This document shows positions 1 through 9,821 of a DNA stretch of 64,000 bases, piece by piece. The notes beneath the pieces were generated by a model that did not search any database, was not told the DNA's origin, and worked only from the letters and a program-made list of their open reading frames with translations. Positions within the stretch are counted from its first letter, which is position 1, and every line of letters starts with the position of its first letter. The translations under genes and the position numbers were made by a program. The DNA is from an uncultured cyanobacterium (GTDB taxonomy: Bacteria; Cyanobacteriota; Cyanobacteriia; PCC-9006; JAAUQQ01), in the NCBI GenBank assembly GCA_963718615.1, contig OY970368.1, forward strand, positions 288,001 to 352,000. Reading direction: 5' to 3'.

Positions 1-2
1 CC

Positions 3-389
3 CTAAGCCGCAAACTGACCCACCTCCATCTCGCCTGCATCCGCCAGCCGCTTCACCAAGTTGACCGCAATGAAGGTTTTCCCCGCCCCCGTCGCCAGCG
101 TCAGCAAAACCCGCGCCGCTTCGCCTTGGGTGTGGCACCGACCAATTTTCTCAAACGCCGCTCGAATCGCCGCATCTTGGTAATAGCGCCGCTGAGATTC
201 TCCCCCGGCATAGGGCGTTAGCAGCGGCTTTGCTGCATCGGACTCCAGGCTAAAGCCGATGTGAGCTTCGTAGCGCGATCGCAGCTCTGCTGGCGATGGA
301 AAATCAGTTAGAGACTTGGCTGGGCTCGTCAGCCCCGTGGTGCGGTCAAACGCCACAAACAAATGACCGTTGGTGCTGAAAATACAGTC
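3..389 (-). pseudogene. hsdR: Fragment of type I restriction enzyme R subunit (EcoEI/HsdR-like DEAD-box helicase N-terminal part)
   Basis: FSTNGH motif upstream of the ORF start, RYYQDAAI (Q motif) and Walker A LATGAGKT. No proper start, and a TAG stop follows soon after Walker A (a full protein is ~800 aa). Confidence 0.75.
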
Positions 390-693
390 TTTCCCTGACT
401 TCTTTGAATGGGGGCTTGAACAATCCTCTGAGCTTCCACTCCCTCGACAGTCTCATAAATCACAACAGGCTGAGCCTAAGCTGCTCCTCGTTTTCCCGGC
501 TTAAGTTACTACCCAAATTATTTTCAGAATCAATTACCCGAAATTCAGGCTCCTGCGACACAGCAAGGGTTGTCAATCGAGAAGTCATTCAGCACCAATT
601 AACTGGAGTTTAGACAAATCAAAAGAGCGATCGCGGTGACCCGAAATCGCTCAATGAGGGATTCTGAGAAAGAACCAGCCACCTCAGAACCCC

Positions 694-825
694 ATGAGAA
701 TGTTTTCCAACTTGAGCAAATTTCGCAAGCAAGCCTACGAACTGCTAAGCAATGGTCGCGATAGTCTGTACAACCTGATGGATGCGGTACTGGCCAGCGG
801 GAGCCTATCTAGCTTCGTGGAATAG
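694..825 (+). mobile_element. N-terminal fragment of a cyanobacterial DDE (IS701-like) transposase
   Basis: My translation MRMFSNLSKFRKQAYELLSNGRDSLYNLMDAVLASGSLSSFVE* matches the typical N-terminus (FRxxAY.LL.NG.D.L..LMDAVL...S..SF.E) of this family. It stops after 43 aa. Confidence 0.65.
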
Positions 826-841
826 TAGTAATAACTATTTC

Positions 842-3733
842 CTAGCTGCCATAGGCCTCCATCGGCAAACAGGAACAGACCAGATTGCGATCGCCAAAGG
901 CATTATCAATCCGACTCACCACCGGCCAAAACTTATGCTCCCGCGTCCAAGGCGCAGGATAGGCCGCCTGCTCCCGCCCGTAGGGACGATCCCAAGCATC
1001 GGACAGCAAAATTTCCGCCGTATGGGGCGCATGCTTCAGCGGGTTATCGGCTGGATCCATCTGACCCAACTCGATCGCCTCAATTTCCCGTCGAATCGCA
1101 ATCATCGCCTCGCAGAACCGATCCAGTTCCTCCTTCGATTCACTTTCCGTCGGCTCCACCATCACCGTTCCCGCCACGGGCCAGGACACCGTCGGTGCAT
1201 GGAACCCAAAATCCATCAGCCGCTTGGCAATGTCTTCCACTTCAATCCCAGCAGACCGCTTCACCGGGCGTAGGTCAAGGATACATTCGTGGGCCACCCA
1301 ACCGCCCTTACCCCGATAGAGCACCGGATAGAACGGCTCTAGGCGACGGGCAATATAGTTGGCATTGAGAATCGCCACCTGGGTGGCCTGGGTTAAGCCT
1401 TCGCCGCCCATCATTTTGATGTACATCCAAGAGATCGGCAGAATGCTGGCACTGCCCCAAGGCGCAGCGGAAACGGCACCGATGCGATCTTCTCCTTCGA
1501 GGGAGACGACGGAATGACCCGGTAGAAAGGGCTTGAGATGCTTGGCGACCCCAATCGGGCCAACACCGGGACCGCCGCCCCCGTGGGGAATACAGAAGGT
1601 TTTATGCAAGTTGAGGTGACAGACATCCGCCCCAAAATCACCGGGACGGCAGATTCCCACCTGGGCATTCATATTGGCTCCGTCCATGTAGACCTGGCCA
1701 CCATTTTCGTGGACGATCGCGCAAATCTCCCGAATTTCCGCCTCAAACACCCCATGGGTCGAGGGATAGGTCACCATGAGCGCCGCCAGATGAGTTGCAT
1801 GCTCTACTGCCTTAGCCTTCAGATCCGCCACGTCGATATTGCCCTGGTCATCGCAAGCGACGGGAACCACTTTCATACCTGCCATGACGGCGCTGGCAGG
1901 GTTGGTGCCGTGGGCGGAGGTGGGGATGAGACAGAGATTGCGGTGGCGATCGCCCCGTTGCTCATGGAACTGACGAATCACCAACAACCCGGCATATTCC
2001 CCCTGGGACCCGGCATTGGGCTGGAGCGACACCCCAGCAAATCCGGTGATTTCTGCCAGCATGGATTCCAGTTGCTCACACAAGATTCGATAGCCTTGGG
2101 TTTGACTGGCCGGGGCAAAGGGATGAATCCGACCAAACTCCGGCCAGGTCACGGGAATCATTTCCGCCGTGGCGTTGAGCTTCATCGTGCAGGACCCCAA
2201 GGGAATCATCGACGTGGTCAGCGACAGATCCTTGGCCTGGAGCCGGTGCAGATAGCGCAGCAACTCCGACTCGGAATGGTAGCGGTTAAAGACCGGGTGA
2301 AGCAAATAGGGGCTAGTGCGGCGAAACTCTGGAGCAACATCGATGCTAACTTCATCCAGCAGGGCTTCGAGCTTGAATCCGAGGGGTTCACCCTGGGCAA
2401 AGATCTTTAGGAGTCGCTGGACTTCTTCAAACGTGGTGACTTCATCGAGGCTGACGCCGAGGGTCTCGGGGTTGAGCCGCCGCAGGTTAATGCCATGTTC
2501 CGTAGCGAGGTCAAAGATTGCCTGGGCATTGGGGGTGGGAATGGCCAGGGTGTCGAAGGCGCGATCGCCATCCACCGCAAAACCAATTTCCTGCAAGCCC
2601 CGAGCCAGGAGGGTCGTCATCTGACGGATGCGCTGGGCGATCGCCCGAATTCCCTCGGGGCCGTGATACACCGCATACATCGACGCCATCACCGCCAAAA
2701 GCACCTGGGCCGTGCAGATATTGCTCGTGGCCTTGTCCCGGCGAATGTGCTGTTCACGGGTTTGCAACGCTAGACGCAGAGCGGGTTTGCCGTTGGCATC
2801 CTGGGAGACACCGACGATCCGACCGGGCATCTGACGCTTGTATTCATCCTTGGTGGCAAAATAGGCTGCGTGGGGACCGCCAAATCCCAGGGGTACGCCA
2901 AACCGCTGGGTATTGCCGACGGCAATGTCTGCGCCAAATTCTCCCGGTGGCTTGAGCAGTGTCAGGCTCATCAGGTCGGCGGCGACGGTGACCAGGGCCT
3001 TAGCGGCGTGGGCCTTTTCAATAAAATCGCTGTAATCATAAATCGTGCCGTCGGTGGCGGGATATTGCAGCAAAGCCCCGAAGATCGGCGTGGCAAAGTC
3101 AAAGGCTGTGTGGTTGCCGACGATTACCTCGATCCCGAGGGGAATGGCCCGCGTTTGGACAACTTCAATCGTCTGGGGATGGCAGGCTTCCGAGACAAAA
3201 AAAACATTGGCTTTCCTAGCTTTGCTGTAGCTCAGAGCCATGGCCTCTGCCGCTGCGGTGCCTTCGTCGAGCAACGAGGCATTGGCAATTTCGAGTCCGG
3301 TCAAATCCGTAATCAGCGTCTGAAAATTCAGCAGTGCTTCCAGCCGACCCTGGGCAATTTCCGCCTGATAGGGAGTGTAGGCGGTGTACCAGCCGGGATT
3401 TTCGAGGATATTGCGCTGGATTACCGGGGGGGTGATGCAGTCGCTGTAGCCCATGCCGATGTAGGAACGGCAGACGAGGTTTTGGTCGGCGATCGCCCGC
3501 AATTGTTCCAGCGCCAAGGTTTCACTCACGCCTGCTGGCAAATTCAGGGGAGTTTCTAACCGAATCGTTGGGGGCACGGTCTGGCCAATCAGCGTCTCCA
3601 GTGTCTCCACCCCTAGACTGTCGAGCATGGCCTGAATGGCGTTGGCGTCAGGTCCAATATGGCGTTGAACAAAGCTAGAAGGTTCCATTACGGTGGCGGC
3701 AAGACGAATAGCGGATGCAGATACAGAAGTCAT
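842..3733 (-). CDS. gcvP: Glycine dehydrogenase (decarboxylating), glycine cleavage P protein
   Basis: [39 protein letters not shown]-lysine motif, [13 protein letters not shown]. Start taken at MTSVS. Confidence 0.98.
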   Translation of the reverse strand: MTSVSASAIRLAATVMEPSSFVQRHIGPDANAIQAMLDSLGVETLETLIGQTVPPTIRLETPLNLPAGVSETLALEQLRAIADQNLVCRSYIGMGYSDCITPPVIQRNILENPGWYTAYTPYQAEIAQGRLEALLNFQTLITDLTGLEIANASLLDEGTAAAEAMALSYSKARKANVFFVSEACHPQTIEVVQTRAIPLGIEVIVGNHTAFDFATPIFGALLQYPATDGTIYDYSDFIEKAHAAKALVTVAADLMSLTLLKPPGEFGADIAVGNTQRFGVPLGFGGPHAAYFATKDEYKRQMPGRIVGVSQDANGKPALRLALQTREQHIRRDKATSNICTAQVLLAVMASMYAVYHGPEGIRAIAQRIRQMTTLLARGLQEIGFAVDGDRAFDTLAIPTPNAQAIFDLATEHGINLRRLNPETLGVSLDEVTTFEEVQRLLKIFAQGEPLGFKLEALLDEVSIDVAPEFRRTSPYLLHPVFNRYHSESELLRYLHRLQAKDLSLTTSMIPLGSCTMKLNATAEMIPVTWPEFGRIHPFAPASQTQGYRILCEQLESMLAEITGFAGVSLQPNAGSQGEYAGLLVIRQFHEQRGDRHRNLCLIPTSAHGTNPASAVMAGMKVVPVACDDQGNIDVADLKAKAVEHATHLAALMVTYPSTHGVFEAEIREICAIVHENGGQVYMDGANMNAQVGICRPGDFGADVCHLNLHKTFCIPHGGGGPGVGPIGVAKHLKPFLPGHSVVSLEGEDRIGAVSAAPWGSASILPISWMYIKMMGGEGLTQATQVAILNANYIARRLEPFYPVLYRGKGGWVAHECILDLRPVKRSAGIEVEDIAKRLMDFGFHAPTVSWPVAGTVMVEPTESESKEELDRFCEAMIAIRREIEAIELGQMDPADNPLKHAPHTAEILLSDAWDRPYGREQAAYPAPWTREHKFWPVVSRIDNAFGDRNLVCSCLPMEAYGS

Positions 3734-3924
3734 AGAGATTAGAGTAAGGGCGCTGGCGCGAGGTAAATGTTTTGTAGAGGTCTTGCTGGGTGAAATGGGT
3801 AGGCGATCGCTGAACATTTCGCAAGCTTACTCAACATTTTGCGACAGTCTTGGTCATCTTGCTGTATAGATTTTGTGATTTTCCTCTATCCAAATCAATG
3901 GTAATGATAGAGATCTGCGATGTC

Positions 3925-3995
3925 GTGCAGCGGTATACAACCTTGAACTCCCACCGATCACCTTTGTATTGTCCGTCTCAGGGTCTGCGTTATGC
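3925..3995 (-). other. Degenerate attC-like site downstream of the GNAT gene
   Basis: Minus strand reads GCATAAC-gcagaccctgagacggac...ggtgggagttcaaggttgtataccgctgca: an R''-like core plus the body typical of cyanobacterial attC-type sites. The R' end is eroded. Confidence 0.45.
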
Positions 3996-4018
3996 TGAGA
4001 TCGCTAACAACATTTGAC

Positions 4019-4522
4019 TCAAGACCTCAACTTATCTGTGTTGTCAAAACATTGAACCGTGCCTGTCCAATCTTTGTCCTCTATCACGGTCTCAGTATAG
4101 TTTTTCCCTGTGTAAGCTGCGATAACACTTCGCCAGAACTGTTGCGCAACAGGATTGGTATGAATTTGATGGATCTCCCAACGACCATGAAATAAGTCAA
4201 AAATGTGAAAAGCAACTTGGCGACCGATCCCCTGTTTACGGTACTTCCGTAATATAAAAAACTCTGCTACTGAGTATTGGCTATCTGGAAGATACGTGTA
4301 TTGATTCACCAACACAAAACCAGCGAGCTTACTATTCGCTCTTACCAGAAACGGATAGCGATCGGCTTCAACCCAGTAGTAATCCAGATACAGATAGCCA
4401 AAGTAGCCATGCTCGTTGAGATCGGTGTTCTCAAACTCTGAGAAGTCATACTGATAAAGCTCCATCATTTGCTGAATGGTTGACTTGTCTGTGATTAGAG
4501 CGGGTAAGACTTCAACATCCAT
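4019..4522 (-). CDS. GNAT family N-acetyltransferase
   Basis: AEFFILRKYRKQGIGRQV acetyl-CoA motif A, and N-PVAQQFW motif. Confidence 0.92.
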   Translation of the reverse strand: MDVEVLPALITDKSTIQQMMELYQYDFSEFENTDLNEHGYFGYLYLDYYWVEADRYPFLVRANSKLAGFVLVNQYTYLPDSQYSVAEFFILRKYRKQGIGRQVAFHIFDLFHGRWEIHQIHTNPVAQQFWRSVIAAYTGKNYTETVIEDKDWTGTVQCFDNTDKLRS

Positions 4523-4627
4523 GATGAACAATCAATTGACACTTTTGGATTCACCGACATCTTCACAGTTACTCGATTTTAGCTGCCAACAATGCACTGC
4601 TATCTATCGCCACCAACTGCCAACAAT

Positions 4628-4780
4628 GCAGCCCAATAATTGCTTTTTTACGCACGATGCCTAATAACTCCCTCCTCCCGGTATTATCAAGCGCCAACAT
4701 CATATAATCCCCAGTCACAGCCAGTTATCCAGACAGTCATACTGGATAACACGCCCGGTTGGGTATTAAGTAGATAGACA
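4628..4780. repeat. Copy A of a ~150-bp leader element (attI/Pint-like candidate)
   Basis: Aligns by eye with 7331-7478 (gcagc.caa.aatt...ttttttacg.acga.gcct.at.actccc.t.ctcc.ggtat..tcaagc.ccaa...tataat). Contains the perfect inverted repeat GTTATCCAG/CTGGATAAC. Confidence 0.7.
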
Positions 4781-4799
4781 CAATCAAATTTGAGAGTAT

Positions 4800-4828
4800 G
4801 TAGGTTGCGGTTAGGAACGAAACCCAAC
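4800..4828 (+). repeat. REP-like small dispersed repeat (GTAG class)
   Basis: GTAGGTTGCGGTTAGGAACGAAACCCAAC, a variant of the common cyanobacterial GTAGGTTGGGTTGAGGAACGAAACCCAAC hairpin repeat. Confidence 0.6.
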
Positions 4829-4894
4829 GCTCGTCAAGGCTGAGTGGCTTTTGTTGTATGGGTTGGTCGATGGCAAGGGTCATAGGGCAAATTA

Positions 4895-4956
4895 GCCCAA
4901 TCAATGCCTTCAGTTTACCAGCTCGAATATGTGACGTCTGAAGCCTTTTGTTATGC
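4895..4956 (-). other. Degenerate attC-like site (62 bp)
   Basis: Minus strand: GCATAAC (contains the TAA stop of the upstream ORF)-AAAAG-GCTTCAGA...ACTGAAG-GCATTG-ATTGGGC. R''/L''/L'/R' spacing fits attC; R' is G->A mutated. Confidence 0.55.
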
Positions 4957-5226
4957 ATTATTGCTTTCAGATTTTTCGCTGAAGTCCCAGAATGGTCTGA
5001 TCTCAATACCCCCTTTAGCTCTAGCACAGGAGGTATTGGTGACAAGTTGAACTACCTGAGCAATATCGTTTGCTTCGATGATTGAAAAACCAGCGAGAGG
5101 CAATTTGGGCTTAGTAAATAACTCGTTCTCAGGAGTCAGATTGCCGTTCCAATTCGTAAATGTTACCCTCCTAGCTTCGACCCCCCAAATTTCGAGTCGG
5201 GTCATTGTGGTCAGGTCAGAAGTCAC
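4951..5226 (-). pseudogene. YciI-family protein, N-terminally decayed
   Basis: C-terminal LPLAGFSIIEA..I..VVQLV..T.CARAKG.IEIRP matches YciI/DGPF-like proteins. The N-terminus is not conserved. Confidence 0.6.
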
Positions 5227-5437
5227 ATCTGCGTTTGAGGGGAGGGACTTTCACCCTGATCAAGAGGGCAATTCAGCTTTTTAGAGGGCTTTATGTTTAG
5301 AAACCAAGCTGGCAGAGTTATTTACGGGCTCTCACCGTTATTTGTCTGCAACAAATTGCACTCCCTATACCAATTGGACTCCTATCAATTATTTATAGAC
5401 TAAATACACCAACAAGCTCTATCCTTGATTCTTAGAT

Positions 5438-6043
5438 TTACCAAGTAGGTTCGAAATTAACTATTGCATTTACCGCCCTATTCAAACTTCGAGAGTGAGT
5501 TTTTGCAATTTCAGCATTCCAGCTTTGGTTGACAAATTGAATAAGTTGACCATTGTAGTCTTTCCCTATTTTTGCAGTACTATTTTTAGTGGGCACAATT
5601 GCATCACGCAAATAACGTTTTCTTGACTTTTTAGTTAAATCAAGCAGCAGTTGCTTGGGATCAGGCACTGAATCTACATCATCAGGGATCAAGCCTACTG
5701 AAATTCCAAGGAACTCTGCAAATGCTTCACGATGTGCCAAGAGCCAAGCCTCTACTTCTACCACTGCTACTCTAAAAATCAAATTGGGGTGTTTTGGAGA
5801 AGATAACCATTCTCCAAGTAAAGCTAGTGGACATTCATTCTTATCTAAATCTGTTAGAACTAAATAGGGGGAACCTTTTGCAGCATGATTTATTCCGGGA
5901 AGAATTTTCTTGAGATAACCATAACCTCGGCGCTTTAAGCAAGTTCCAATAGAGAATGGACGCTGAGACTGCTTGAGTATTTCCCTCAAGACTGCCTCGC
6001 TTAAATCATCCTCAACTGCTAGGTTAATTGGAATATCTGTCAT
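5438..6043 (-). CDS. DUF4276-like TOPRIM-fold protein
   Basis: N-terminal LAVEDDLSE acidic motif, LVLTDLD (DxD), EVEAWLLA. Overlaps the upstream ATPase stop by 4 bp. Confidence 0.75.
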   Translation of the reverse strand: MTDIPINLAVEDDLSEAVLREILKQSQRPFSIGTCLKRRGYGYLKKILPGINHAAKGSPYLVLTDLDKNECPLALLGEWLSSPKHPNLIFRVAVVEVEAWLLAHREAFAEFLGISVGLIPDDVDSVPDPKQLLLDLTKKSRKRYLRDAIVPTKNSTAKIGKDYNGQLIQFVNQSWNAEIAKTHSRSLNRAVNAIVNFEPTW

Positions 6044-7191
6044 CTGAGTAAGCTCAGTTGGTCAACCTGTGCAGGTGTTGCACAAGGTAAAGCTGCGTCA
6101 GCAACAGTAAGTCCTCCATCAAGAAGGCTGCTAATCTCTTGAATTGAAGAAGCTAATTCAACTTTCGTACCTTCAGCAGTCGGTGTCATCAGTAAAACTT
6201 CCTCACCTCCAATACCTGCATCAGATAGCAGGTCAGCGCTATGGGTACTTAGCATAACTTGTCGTTTTTTTGCCTTCTGTAAACGATAAATTAGAGAAGG
6301 TAGTTTAGCAGTAATTCCAGCATTTAAAGATAATTCAGGTTCTTCAAGAAGCAGTAAAGAATCACTTTCAAGAAGTGACCATAATAAACCAATTAAACGT
6401 AATGTCCCATCTGAAAACTGATCTTCTCGCTGTTTACCGGCTCCAGGTCGCCAATGCTCATAGACTGCTTCTAAATGAGGAATTCCCATTTCATCTTTAA
6501 TATCAGTCAATTGTTTTAATTGAGGAACTGCGATTCTTAAGGCATTTTCAATCTTTTTTAGACGAGAGCGGCGAGTTTTTTCTGGAGTCTTAACAACGCG
6601 CTCCAAAAAGTTCCTACCAAAGGGGTCTTCTTGAAGTCCTGGTCCACTGAAGGCTTCAGGATACCGTAATAGTTGAGGTACTAAATGGAGATACAGGATG
6701 GATTCAAGAAATTTTGGAATTTCTCTAAATTCTGCATTGGCATTAATTTGTTCCAAGTATGTTTGAGTTAAACGTAGGCTGTCTTGTTCATCTTCAGGGT
6801 CTGGACGGTTTATTAACTGTTCGCCATTTTTCCAAACTCTTTCATAAGAGAGAACGGGTTCATTTTGCCCCCCTTTTCTTTGCTTAATTCCAATACTATA
6901 TCTCCAGGTAGGTTCTACTAATTCATTTTCTGATAGATGCACTTCTATTTCAACGTCAGGATATCGTCTTGCATACAGACACCTGATTTTGGATAACCCA
7001 CCTCGGTCTCTTACAGCCTTCTGTAATCCACCTCCATCCTTGGCCAGATCTCGCAAGAATCTTAGAGTATCAAGAAAATTTGACTTGCCAGAGGCATTGG
7101 GGCCAACGAGAAAAACACGATCTCTCAAATGGACATCCACTGACCGAAAGTTTCTCCAGTTCTTCAAGCCTATGTGAGAAATAATCATCAC
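6040..7191 (-). CDS. AAA_21/ABC-type ATPase (AbiEii/OLD-like)
   Basis: LKNWRNF N-terminus, Walker A GPNASGKS, signature FSDGTLR, Walker B LLLLEEPE, H-loop LSTHS. Confidence 0.93.
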   Translation of the reverse strand: MMIISHIGLKNWRNFRSVDVHLRDRVFLVGPNASGKSNFLDTLRFLRDLAKDGGGLQKAVRDRGGLSKIRCLYARRYPDVEIEVHLSENELVEPTWRYSIGIKQRKGGQNEPVLSYERVWKNGEQLINRPDPEDEQDSLRLTQTYLEQINANAEFREIPKFLESILYLHLVPQLLRYPEAFSGPGLQEDPFGRNFLERVVKTPEKTRRSRLKKIENALRIAVPQLKQLTDIKDEMGIPHLEAVYEHWRPGAGKQREDQFSDGTLRLIGLLWSLLESDSLLLLEEPELSLNAGITAKLPSLIYRLQKAKKRQVMLSTHSADLLSDAGIGGEEVLLMTPTAEGTKVELASSIQEISSLLDGGLTVADAALPCATPAQVDQLSLLR

Positions 7192-7330
7192 TTAACAACA
7201 AACGCCTATTGAACTTTTTGATATTTTAATGATATCTTTTCTAGCCCTGTCTTAGCATTGAAAAACGTCAACCAATTTATCTGGCTGAACAAGAGGTTGA
7301 TGATAAATGCCTTAACCGGGAACTAAAAAA

Positions 7331-7478
7331 GCAGCGCAACAATTATTATTTTTTACGAACGACGCCTGATACTCCCCTTCTCCAGGTATCCTCAAGCTCC
7401 AATGCCCAATGCCCTATAATCTTATTATCTTCGCATGGCTTCCGGGTAACATCCTTGTGGCAGATATTACTAGATATG
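7331..7478. repeat. Copy B of the ~150-bp leader element (attI/Pint-like candidate)
   Basis: Homologous to 4628-4780. The minus strand ends in GTTGCGC (GTTRRRY-like) facing the ATPase gene; TATAAT on the + strand points away from it. Confidence 0.7.
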
Positions 7479-7821
7479 TCTCAGTGTAATCACTCCTTTT
7501 GAGCCAGTGTATAAAATTACAAAATCTTCACTACTAAGTTAAGAAAACTAGATATTTTATTCTCTGCTCCCATACAACCCCACCCACCCAATCTTCTCCA
7601 CCGAAACAGCTATGCCATCCGCACGGTCCAAGGGCACTATCCAAGAGCTGCTCCAGTATCTCCGACTATATCCGTTAGAGTTGGAGGAGAGTGTCAACTT
7701 TGACAATCCCAAGAAAAACACCGAGCGCCTCATCGAAGTTGGAGAACAAAACCCCAATTTCCTGACAAACACCCGGTGTTTAAAACGGTATTCAGATATC
7801 TCAGACCTCTAGGAACTGGAC

Positions 7822-9383
7822 CTAGAGCGAATCAACCGAAGAGAGAGGAGAAGTTGCAACTTTGGCCAATCCAGCCTCAGTAATACTCGCGCTTAGGATC
7901 GGGGTTTTTTGGACGGATTCGGTGGCGATCGCAAACAGCGGATTCGACAAAACCCCAGCCAACGTCGTCGCAATTACCGTGAGCACCAAACCCACCTGCA
8001 ACGGACGCAATCCCGGTAAATCCCAAGAAATTCTAGGATAGTTTTTCACCGCATCAGACATCTCGTGGGGCTCTTTCACCACCATCATCTTCACCACACG
8101 AATGTAGTAGTAAATGGAGATCACACTCGTGAGCAACCCAATCAGCACCAACGTGTAAAGACCCGCTTGCCAGCCCGCCCAGAAGAGATAGAGCTTTCCA
8201 AAGAACCCCGCTAGCGGCGGAATGCCACCCAGGGAAAGTAGGCAAAGACTCAGGCCCAGCGTAATCAGCGGATCCTTCTGGTAAAGCCCTGCATACTCGC
8301 TAATTTGGTCCGTGCCAGTGCGCAAGGAAAATAGAATGATGCAGGCAAACCCGCCCAGGTTCATAAACAGGTAAATGAACAGATAGAAGAGCATACTGGC
8401 GTAGCCCGTCTCAGTTCCGGCGATTAAGCCAATCATGACAAACCCGGCTTGGCCAATCGACGAATAGGCCAGGAGGCGCTTCATACTGGTTTGAGCCAGG
8501 GCGACGATATTGCCCAGGATCATGCTGAGAATCGCCAGTGCCGTAAAGACAAAATGCCATTCTTCGCTCAGCAGCGGAAAAACCGTGACCAACAACCGAG
8601 TCGCCAGGGCAAACCCTGCGGCTTTCGATCCCACAGACAAAAACGCGACTACCGGCGTCGGAGAACCTTCATAGACATCCGGCGTCCACTGGTGGAAGGG
8701 AACCGCCGAAATCTTGAACGCGACCCCCGCGACCACAAAGACCAGGGCAATGACCAAACCGAGGGACTGATTGCTCATCGCCAAATGTTCGGCGATCGCC
8801 CCCAGTTGAGTCTCCCCCCCGACAACCCGTATAGCAACGAAACGCCATACAAAAACAGCGCCGAACTGGATGCCCCAATCAACAAATACTTAAGCGCGGC
8901 CTCGTTGGAGCGGGAGTCCCGCTTCATATAGCCCGTCAACAGGTACGACGAAATACTCAACGTTTCCAGGGAAACAAAAATCATCACCAGCTCATTCGCC
9001 CCGGAGAGGAACATGCCCCCCACGGTTGCCGTGAGCAGGATCGTGATAAATTCCCCTAGCGATGTTCCCGCCTGCTCCACATAGCGGACCGAGATCAGGA
9101 TCGTGATCATCGCCGAGAGCACCACGATCGCCCGGAAAATTAAACTCAAGGCATCGCTGCTAAAGCTGCCGAGGAAGGCGATCGCCTCCGTACTCTCCCA
9201 CTGAGTCGCCAAGGCCACCAAGGCCCCCGACAACCCAACAATACTGAGGGCCGGTGTGACACGGTTAGACCTGCGGCCCTGGATGAGATCCACCACCAAC
9301 ACCATCAGCAGGGTGATGATGACAATGCCCTCGGGCAGGATCACCCCAGCATTGAGCTGGGAGGCAAGATTGGCTACGTCCAT
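7822..9383 (-). CDS. ndhB: NAD(P)H-quinone oxidoreductase subunit 2 (NdhB), split by a 1-bp frameshift in a G7 run at 8814-8820
   Basis: ORFs 8775-9593 ([10 protein letters not shown]...[10 protein letters not shown]) and 7822-8784 ([21 protein letters not shown]). Adding one G restores [18 protein letters not shown]. Confidence 0.95.
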
Positions 9384-9821
9384 AAAATTCTTTGAGAACA
9401 GTCCCCTTTGGTAACCCAGAGTGAATTCTAACCTTTCATCCCTGCATCCCTCAAAGTCTTCCGGGGGATTAAAATTCCGAAATATAGACTCCCTGTAAGG
9501 CTCAACCTCAAAAAAACTTCCGCATTTTCTCGGGGGGAAGTCTTCCGCTTTCCTGTCTACTTTGGGAAATACTTGTGGGCTGCTCTTCCCCAAGGCCCGG
9601 AACGATTGGCTATAAGAGAGAAGAGGGGCATCTCCCGATTGTGCTTTAGCCTAGAGAAAGTCGGCTGCCGTTCTGGCGACTTCGTTAAGTTTTCCCGCTC
9701 CAAGAATCGCCTTAAGGGAAAACTTGGCTTAAGGTGCAATAAAGACTCTTACAGTTTGAGCCCTCCTCGGAAGGCCAAAACTGTTCCCCTAACCGTTACT
9801 CGATCGCCTTCAAAGACATTC

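Noticed and set aside
782-3559. Long + strand ORFs (163, 290, 229 aa) opposite gcvP, and similar antisense ORFs over topA, istB and gatB
   Set aside because: Antisense shadows of GC-rich coding genes with no recognisable motifs.
3820-3900. Glycine riboswitch upstream of gcvP
   Set aside because: No GGAGA/CCGAAG aptamer motifs seen.
7612-7812. 66-aa ORF faintly resembling a patatin C-terminus
   Set aside because: Too short and the similarity is too weak to call.
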